A DNA stretch of 64,000 nt from contig JAXMBC010000001.1 in assembly GCA_046350055.1 (NCBI GenBank), forward strand, positions 151,425 to 215,424. Direction: 5' to 3'. Made by a program: the position numbers and the translations under genes. The stretch's first letter is position 1. Every line of letters starts with the position of its first letter. This DNA comes from Gemmatales bacterium. Lineage in GTDB: Bacteria > Planctomycetota > Planctomycetia > Gemmatales > HRBIN36. Of this stretch, positions 56,573-64,000 are shown one piece after another. The notes beneath the pieces were generated by a model. It saw nothing but the letters and a program-made list of their open reading frames with translations. It had not been told where the DNA came from and did no database searches.

Positions 56573-58071
56573 GCCAAGATCCCCCGACGTTACTGATGAC
56601 GGACACTACCGCGCCCTTGCGACGGTCGGTTTATTTCATCCTCATTCTTCTAGCCTTCGGCATGATGACGGGACACATCATCGGTGTCGAACGAGTCTAC
56701 CCGGCACGGTTGGGGCTGCCCAAGACTCCCCCTGAGCCACAGCCCACTCATGCTGACAATGACCGCTCTCGCTGGGCCACCATCCGGGCTCTTGTGGAAA
56801 AGCATACCTATGTCATCGGGGTCCGGGCCTATTTCGATGAAGAGGGCAAGGTCTATGAAGACCAGGGGCAGATCAAAGAAAGTGGCTGGGGCACCATCGA
56901 CAAGGTATTGCACCCCGACATTGGCTGGCGCAATGACGAACCTATCACCGATGAGAATCAGCCTCGCTTCGCGCGCTATTATTACTCCAGCAAGCCTCCG
57001 CTTCTTCCCTCTATCCTCGCTGGAGAATACTGGCTCATCCATCAACTCACGGGTTGGACTCTGACGAATGAAGGCCGATGGGCCATCGTTCGGCTCATGC
57101 TTTTCACCGTGAACGCCCTGCCCTGGTTCATCGCGTTGATCCTGTCAGCCAGGCTGATCGAGCAACTTGGCAGCAACGATCTCGCACGGATAGCAGGCGT
57201 GGCTGCCATGTGCTTCTGCACCTATGTCAATGCCTTTGCATCGACATTGAATAACCACACCATCGCTGCCTGGTCCGTGATCTTTGCAGTCTATCCCGTA
57301 CTGAATGCTGCACTGCGTCAGCGGTCACTGACCTGGCTGGGATCGCTCGCCAGTGGATTCTGGGCCGCCTGGACGGTGGCCAATGAATTGCCTGCAGCGG
57401 CCTTCGCCGGTCTGCTGGGTCTTTGGATCCTGGTCACTCAACCTCGCCTGCTGGTGCCTTTCCTCCTTGGTGTGATGCCTGTTCTTGCCGGGTTCCTGCT
57501 GACCAATTATCTCGCTATCGGCACCATCGTCCCTGCCTACGAAAAGTTCGGCACCGAGTGGTATAACTACCCCGGCAGCTTCTGGCATCCCGACAACATC
57601 AAGGGCATTGACAAACCCAGGGACAGCACGCTGACCTACCTGTTCCATCTCACCTTCGGCCATCATGGCTTGTTCTCGCTGACACCTGTCCTTCTCCTTG
57701 CACTCTTCGGATTGCTGTGGCCTCGCAGTGGGATGGTGACTCCCCAACTCAAACATATTCGCAGCATCCTTGGATGGGGTACGCTTGCCCTCTCCCTCGT
57801 CATCCTTGGCTTTTACCTCAGCAAAACCCAGAGTTACAACTATGGCGGCTGGACTGTCGGCCCTCGCTGGTTCATCTGGCTCACACCTTTGTGGATTCTC
57901 GGTGCAGTCCCGATCCTCGATGCCCTGGCAGCCACCAGGCTCGGCCGCGGAGTGATAGGCGTTTCACTCGGCTGGTCCGCCCTCAGCGTCGCCTTCTCTC
58001 CTTACAGTCCCTGGCTGCACCCCTGGCTCTACCGCCTGCTGGAGCATCTGAAGATCATTGATTACACGTGA
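56569..58071 (+). CDS. polytopic membrane protein, probable GT-C-fold glycosyltransferase
   Basis: ATGA start/stop overlap with the GT2 gene. YYYSSKPPLLPSILAGEYW resembles the PMT/ArnT first-loop motif; more than 10 TM helices. Confidence 0.6.
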   Translation: MSQDPPTLLMTDTTAPLRRSVYFILILLAFGMMTGHIIGVERVYPARLGLPKTPPEPQPTHADNDRSRWATIRALVEKHTYVIGVRAYFDEEGKVYEDQGQIKESGWGTIDKVLHPDIGWRNDEPITDENQPRFARYYYSSKPPLLPSILAGEYWLIHQLTGWTLTNEGRWAIVRLMLFTVNALPWFIALILSARLIEQLGSNDLARIAGVAAMCFCTYVNAFASTLNNHTIAAWSVIFAVYPVLNAALRQRSLTWLGSLASGFWAAWTVANELPAAAFAGLLGLWILVTQPRLLVPFLLGVMPVLAGFLLTNYLAIGTIVPAYEKFGTEWYNYPGSFWHPDNIKGIDKPRDSTLTYLFHLTFGHHGLFSLTPVLLLALFGLLWPRSGMVTPQLKHIRSILGWGTLALSLVILGFYLSKTQSYNYGGWTVGPRWFIWLTPLWILGAVPILDALAATRLGRGVIGVSLGWSALSVAFSPYSPWLHPWLYRLLEHLKIIDYT

Positions 58072-58080
58072 CGCTGCATG

Positions 58081-59751
58081 CTACTTCAGATGCTTCGCGA
58101 AGAACGCAAAGCAGCGTTCGCGAACGTCCCTAGGGAAGTCGTGGCCTGCGTCGGGGTATTCGGCCACCAGGTTGTCAATCTTGTCAAAGATCTGATAGAC
58201 GGGAAAGGCAGCCTTCACGCAATCCCGCACTCCATCCACTGCGAAGTTCTCATCCTTGAGTGGGGCATTGATGAACACCGGTCGCGGAGCCATGGCTGCA
58301 AGGATCTCCGTAAAGTCAAACGGCATCTGCTTCGGGTCGCACTGGTAGAGTGAGGCAATGCGGGGCATGTAGCCCGCATGCGACCAGCCTTTCAAGTTAC
58401 CACCGTAGTATTTTTCAAAGGAGCAGAAGCCACAACTGGTAGCCAGCACTTTGATACGCTCATCGAAGAAGCCGAGAAACAGTGTATTGTGCCCGCCGAG
58501 GGAATGTCCGATGCAGCCGAGGCGTGAAGCATCGACTTCGGGCAGCGAGCAAAGCAAATCGACGGCCCGGCGATGGTACATGATCGCCTGCCCCGTGGTG
58601 GAGGGGAAGTGCTCCCTGGTGGAGTTGTTGCCGTAGCCCGGGTAATCGGGAGCGAGAGTGATGAAGCCTCGCTGGGCGAGTTCCAGGGCATAGTACAGGT
58701 TGGGTAGGCCTCCCACCCCGGCTGGCTCGGCACTGCCGAGCTTCGTCGTCTGATGGAGACACAGCACCGCGGCACATCGGCTTGGGCGTTCACGAGGCAA
58801 CAGCAGATACGCTGACTGTGTGGTGTCGTCCTGATTCTGATAGATGATCTTGCGGCGGATGACGTTGCCGAGTTGCTCCTCCGCCACGATGCGGAAATGG
58901 AAGGGCGGAGAACGACGGTCCACCACGCTGCCGGCGACGAGTTGGAAGCGGTCACGCAGGTCTTCGAGGGCATGCTTGCGTTTCGCCTCTTCCGTCGTCA
59001 GGAACCGGGCTGGATCACGCTGGAACCTCGGCAATCGTGGTGACGGTCGTGGTGTGAGCAACACCGGCAGCTCGGCCCGGAAGCCCAGGTCTTGCGAACC
59101 ATCCCCGGCCTGGAAGCTGAGCGTCACTTCCCGCTTCCCCGTACCCGTGCTGCGCAGGAGCAGGGCCTGATACTCCACCGAGGCGCCGCAGAGTTGGCTG
59201 GTGACGACGAGATTGGGGTGAACCTGCCCCTCGTATAGCCGAGCTGTAGTGTGCGTGTCTCCCTTCGCTTCTACGGTAAGTCTGCTGGTTAGCCCCGCTT
59301 CGTTGATGATTTTCACGATGGCCGGAGAGTACCACCCCGTCTGGTAGAACACGCGGGCTGGCCCCGCCTCCACCTTCACCCGGCCCTCGGGGTTGATGGT
59401 GATGATGACGGCGACATAGGGTTCGTACCACTCGCCATTGGCATCAAGGAAGTCACGTAACCGATTGTCACGGAAGAGCTCGAACGCAGGTGAGGGTGGC
59501 GAGGTTCCTGTGGCATACCAGGCATGAACGACCGCTTGCAGCTTGAGCCACGCTGGGTCAGGTGGTTGAGCGATAACAGAGTTGGTGAGGAGTAGAATGA
59601 GGAGCACCACGACACACCGGCACAGATGTCCATACCCCGTAGCAACCGCATCGATCGCTTGCAGGGTCGGGGAACACGACTCCGCTATCGGGGACGATGG
59701 CTCTCGCGCGGTCATTCCTCGCTGACGCTTCGGGTTGGTGTGCATTGTCAT
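58081..59751 (-). CDS. alpha/beta hydrolase (dienelactone hydrolase/esterase-like) with N-terminal extension
   Basis: Nucleophile elbow GHSLGGHN and a C-terminal ..DAGHDFP His region. Start is ATG 59749-59751 or GTG 59754, overlapping the upstream stop. Confidence 0.7.
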   Translation of the reverse strand: MTMHTNPKRQRGMTAREPSSPIAESCSPTLQAIDAVATGYGHLCRCVVVLLILLLTNSVIAQPPDPAWLKLQAVVHAWYATGTSPPSPAFELFRDNRLRDFLDANGEWYEPYVAVIITINPEGRVKVEAGPARVFYQTGWYSPAIVKIINEAGLTSRLTVEAKGDTHTTARLYEGQVHPNLVVTSQLCGASVEYQALLLRSTGTGKREVTLSFQAGDGSQDLGFRAELPVLLTPRPSPRLPRFQRDPARFLTTEEAKRKHALEDLRDRFQLVAGSVVDRRSPPFHFRIVAEEQLGNVIRRKIIYQNQDDTTQSAYLLLPRERPSRCAAVLCLHQTTKLGSAEPAGVGGLPNLYYALELAQRGFITLAPDYPGYGNNSTREHFPSTTGQAIMYHRRAVDLLCSLPEVDASRLGCIGHSLGGHNTLFLGFFDERIKVLATSCGFCSFEKYYGGNLKGWSHAGYMPRIASLYQCDPKQMPFDFTEILAAMAPRPVFINAPLKDENFAVDGVRDCVKAAFPVYQIFDKIDNLVAEYPDAGHDFPRDVRERCFAFFAKHLK

Positions 59752-61949
59752 CACTTCTCACACTCCGTCAGCCGCTGGCGATAGACCTGGCGGGCGTGTT
59801 CATACGCTGCTTCCGCGTCTTTCATCTCGGCTGCAGCGTAGGTCTTCTTCTTTTCCTTCCAGCACTGTTCGACGCCGGCCAGGCACCATTCCAGGCTGGC
59901 CTTCTCTCGGATGGGTTTGCCATCCTTGATGACCCAGATGGGGTTGGTGTGGGCATGGGGGAAGACGCGTACGGCATACCAACTGGTTTTCTTGGGATCG
60001 TGTTTATTCTGGAAGATGAGTTGTCTCACCTTACCATCAGCAAGCATCATCTGCTTCTCAGCAACCACGCCATTGACAATTAGCTCAACCTCGACTTCCT
60101 TCTTGTCGGGATGTCTGGCTGCTGCATTAACCACAAGCATCAACCCGATGAATCTGGCTTCCTTCTCATCCCATACCACTTCATTTCCTCTGCTGTGCCA
60201 TTCAGTTGCACCGGCAAGACTGGTCCAACTCGCAGCAAAGTCCATCAAATGCGTCGTCCCGTCACTGACATAACACTTCCCGTCCGCAATGGCCTGGCAC
60301 CAACTATCGTAGTTGGGATGTCCCTTCTGCTTACAATAGACTCGACCGATGCCGACGCGTTGCCCGTAGATGCACGGGAAGTCGGTCTCGCCACTCACCT
60401 TCACCTTGAACCCGGCGTTCAGTGAGTGGTACCACATGTTCCACTCCGCCACCCGGTCGGTATCCATGGCTGAGATGAAATCGACGGCAGGCACCTTCTT
60501 CCCATCTGGCCCCGGCACCTCGTGAGTGATATCGACGACGTACTCATTCGCACCGATGCCGTTGTAGGCGGGGATGTTGTAATTGGGCAGACGGTGCGGG
60601 CCATCCGTGGTGTTGGGGATGCGTCCAACATAGTCGGTCAGGCCGTTGCCTGAGTGAGCCGGGCCGGTGATGGCTCCCTGGGCCTTCGCCCAGCGGAGGG
60701 TGTTCAACCCCAGCGTGGGCCAATGATCCTTCGAAGTTCCACCCGGGTACATCTGCTCTTTGAGCCGCAACAGGCAAAGATGCCCTGACTTGTGCGAGCC
60801 GAAGCCGGAGACCTCGACATCGTAGCGCAGGAGATAGGGCAACTTGGAAACAGGATCAGGCTTGCCGCTGAAGAATCGCTTCTGATAGTCGAAGCATGGC
60901 CCCCAGGTCAGGCAGCAGCCGATTTTCAGATCTTCACCCAGGCAGTGTCGCATCATGTCTGGGGGATGTACGCCCTCGGTGGGCTTCTCGTAGTGAGCAC
61001 AGCCTGCAGCATGGATGTGATGATCGCCCGACCACCAGCCGGTGAGCGAGGGATCAATCCACCGCTTCACCTGGTAGCTCACCGTGACAGGTTTGTCGCT
61101 GACCGTGAGTGACTGCGTTTCCGGGATGGACTCAGGGCCTCGCGAACACTTCACCGAGTACTTCCCTGCTGGCAGACGGATGCTCTCGCCACTTTCGCGA
61201 TAGATCTGCGGATGGAAGAAGAAGTCAGGAGCGAGCCGCTTGGCCATGGACGGATACACCCGGCCCCGCTGGTCACGAATCTCGAAGCAGCCCATACATG
61301 GCTGGCCCTTTTCATCGCGCACCTGGAACGTCACTGGTGTCGAAGGATTCGCCTGAAACGTCACAGGCAGCTCTGCACTCTTGTTGCCCAGTTTGACGAT
61401 GATCTTGCCCGACCGCTCGCCGACATCCCGGCAATAGACCTGGAGTACCCGGTATTCCAGTTCCAAGCCGCTCAGCTTGGGTAGCAGAGGTTGCGATTGA
61501 AGCGGAGCCAGGTCCATCCAGCGTTCCGCAACCTGATCCTTGTTGCTGTGAGGCACCGCCTTGGCATTCGGGCTTTCGTAGAGCAGTTGACCGGTGCTCT
61601 GGCCCGTGTTGACCACCTTGACCAGGTAAGTACGCCAGCCTTGCTCAACGAGGTCGGGCTTCGTGTTCAACTGCTCCACTTGCAATGTGCCATCAGCCTG
61701 GATGTTGACACGGAAGAGACACCAGGGATCGAGCAGTTTCTGCACATCACCTGCAACAGCTGCATTCCCCTTGTCGGCGGAAAGTGCTTTGAGTTGCGCT
61801 AGCAGCCTTTCAGGGAGTGGATCACCCGCCGCATCAAGAGCCTGCACCAAACGCTGCACCTGGGCCAGCAACGGCTGCGCCGGTACATCCTGCTGCTGGG
61901 CAAAGACCAGGAGGGGAAACAGAAGCAGCCATGGGAGAATGCGTAACAT
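59751..61949 (-). CDS. secreted putative metal-dependent hydrolase (PHP/CehA-like His cluster)
   Basis: Signal peptide MLRILPWLLLFPLLVFAQ, then WWSGDHHIHAAGCAHY and later GFGSHKSGH. Family assignment tentative. Confidence 0.45.
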   Translation of the reverse strand: MLRILPWLLLFPLLVFAQQQDVPAQPLLAQVQRLVQALDAAGDPLPERLLAQLKALSADKGNAAVAGDVQKLLDPWCLFRVNIQADGTLQVEQLNTKPDLVEQGWRTYLVKVVNTGQSTGQLLYESPNAKAVPHSNKDQVAERWMDLAPLQSQPLLPKLSGLELEYRVLQVYCRDVGERSGKIIVKLGNKSAELPVTFQANPSTPVTFQVRDEKGQPCMGCFEIRDQRGRVYPSMAKRLAPDFFFHPQIYRESGESIRLPAGKYSVKCSRGPESIPETQSLTVSDKPVTVSYQVKRWIDPSLTGWWSGDHHIHAAGCAHYEKPTEGVHPPDMMRHCLGEDLKIGCCLTWGPCFDYQKRFFSGKPDPVSKLPYLLRYDVEVSGFGSHKSGHLCLLRLKEQMYPGGTSKDHWPTLGLNTLRWAKAQGAITGPAHSGNGLTDYVGRIPNTTDGPHRLPNYNIPAYNGIGANEYVVDITHEVPGPDGKKVPAVDFISAMDTDRVAEWNMWYHSLNAGFKVKVSGETDFPCIYGQRVGIGRVYCKQKGHPNYDSWCQAIADGKCYVSDGTTHLMDFAASWTSLAGATEWHSRGNEVVWDEKEARFIGLMLVVNAAARHPDKKEVEVELIVNGVVAEKQMMLADGKVRQLIFQNKHDPKKTSWYAVRVFPHAHTNPIWVIKDGKPIREKASLEWCLAGVEQCWKEKKKTYAAAEMKDAEAAYEHARQVYRQRLTECEK

Positions 61950-62189
61950 CGCATGTCCTCAACGAGGAGAGATGCGCCCATGGTAACCCGTGGGAAGCTG
62001 GTGCAAAGCAAATTCGTCAGGAAGTGGTAACTACTTTCGGGTCGGAAACGCCATGATTTTCCGGTAAAATCAGAGTGTAGAACCCAAAAATGAGGATGGC
62101 AAAAATATATCTAATTTTAGTTGTGTTCCTATAAAATCATGGTATTGTCTAATCTTCGCCTGTTGTCTTACACCTTTTGGAGCTGCCCC

Positions 62190-62360
62190 ATGTTGAACGC
62201 TGTGATCCGGTTTTTGAAGGACGAAGAAGGCCCCACCGCTGTGGAATACGCAGTGATGCTGGCTCTGATTATCGTTCTCTGTATCGTCGTGATTCGCCAG
62301 GTTGGTACCAGTGCTTCCCAGACATTCAGCACTGCTGATTCTGCACTCTCCGGTTCCTAG
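62190..62360 (+). CDS. Flp-family type IVb (Tad) pilin
   Basis: 56 aa: MLNAVIRFLKDEEGPTAVEYAVMLALIIVLCIV.. (Flp G/xTAVEYA motif). tggag lies upstream of ATG 62190; the ORF-track start at 62121 is over-extended. Confidence 0.8.
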   Translation: MLNAVIRFLKDEEGPTAVEYAVMLALIIVLCIVVIRQVGTSASQTFSTADSALSGS

Positions 62361-62381
62361 TCAATTACAGAGTGACGTACC

Positions 62382-62417
62382 AAAGCCCGGGATAACGATC
62401 ACGCTATCCCGGGCTTT
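62382..62417. terminator. bidirectional intrinsic terminator between the flp pilin gene and ahcY
   Basis: aaagcccgggata-acgatcacgc-tatcccgggcttt, followed by gtcatttt on the + strand. Confidence 0.6.
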
Positions 62418-62470
62418 GTCATTTTCCAGAACACGCCCCCGGCTTGATGAGTCGGGAGCGGCCAATGGTC

Positions 62471-63898
<1,428 letters not shown>

Positions 63899-63946
63899 GC
63901 ATCGTTCCTGTGACTGGTACCCTGGAGACGCCGTTGACCAGAGGTA

Positions 63947-64000
63947 CAAAAGAAAAGGCGCCCGCCATCGGTTGAAGGATGGCGGGCGCCGTTGTGTTCA
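63947..64000 (-). promoter_or_regulatory. terminator hairpin in the ahcY leader, possibly the expression platform of an SAH riboswitch truncated by the window edge
   Basis: On the minus strand: acaCAACGGCGCCCgccatc-cttcaacc-gatggcgggcgcc-ttttctttt. A 13-bp stem (63957-63990) plus U-run lies ~50 nt upstream of the ahcY ATG. CAACGGCGC matches the conserved 3' strand of SAH riboswitches as I remember it. Confidence 0.4.

Noticed and set aside
63917-63948. Second CAACGGCG motif (ggtCAACGGCGTCTCc) as the 3' end of a complete SAH aptamer lying within the window.
   Set aside because: The required complementary 5' strand (GGAGACGC-like) and P1/P2 elements are not present in the ~60 nt upstream. That stretch is instead occupied by the terminator hairpin and U-run.

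Overview
64-kb, gene-dense chromosomal window that looks planctomycete-like: GC in the mid-50s % by eye, a DUF1559 protein with a prepilin-type N-terminus, a giant WD40 Ser/Thr kinase, a PEP-CTERM protein and a BBP7-like outer-membrane barrel. I can support about 57 protein-coding genes, one tRNA-Leu(GAG), one small SRP (4.5S-type) RNA, one Y1/HUH transposase unit with flanking inverted repeats, and several hairpin terminators. Most content is housekeeping or cell-envelope: ftsH, argC, lpxA, selD, ahcY, tadA, floA, ygfZ- and yceH-like genes, a Ca-type P-ATPase, two tandem ABC modules, GT2/GT39/GT-C glycosyltransferases, two-component systems and two eukaryote-like kinases. I saw no rRNA, CRISPR array, prophage, integrase or recognisable defence island. 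I cannot point to a clear multi-gene novel system. The most unusual items are (1) a RAYT/REPIN-like transposase bracketed by ~94-bp inverted repeats, (2) an interleaved A-B-A'-B' inverted-repeat element in a 456-bp divergent intergenic region, (3) a 7-nt-periodic, SD-like purine repeat that pairs with the region before a start codon inside the ABC operon, (4) a possible SAH-riboswitch expression platform upstream of ahcY, cut by the window edge, and (5) an envelope locus combining a PEP-CTERM protein, a sigma54 two-component pair and a translationally coupled GT2/GT-C pair. All homology calls come from reading the translations, not from searches. Many ORF-track starts use GTG/TTG and are over-extended, so I moved starts to better-supported ATGs where noted.
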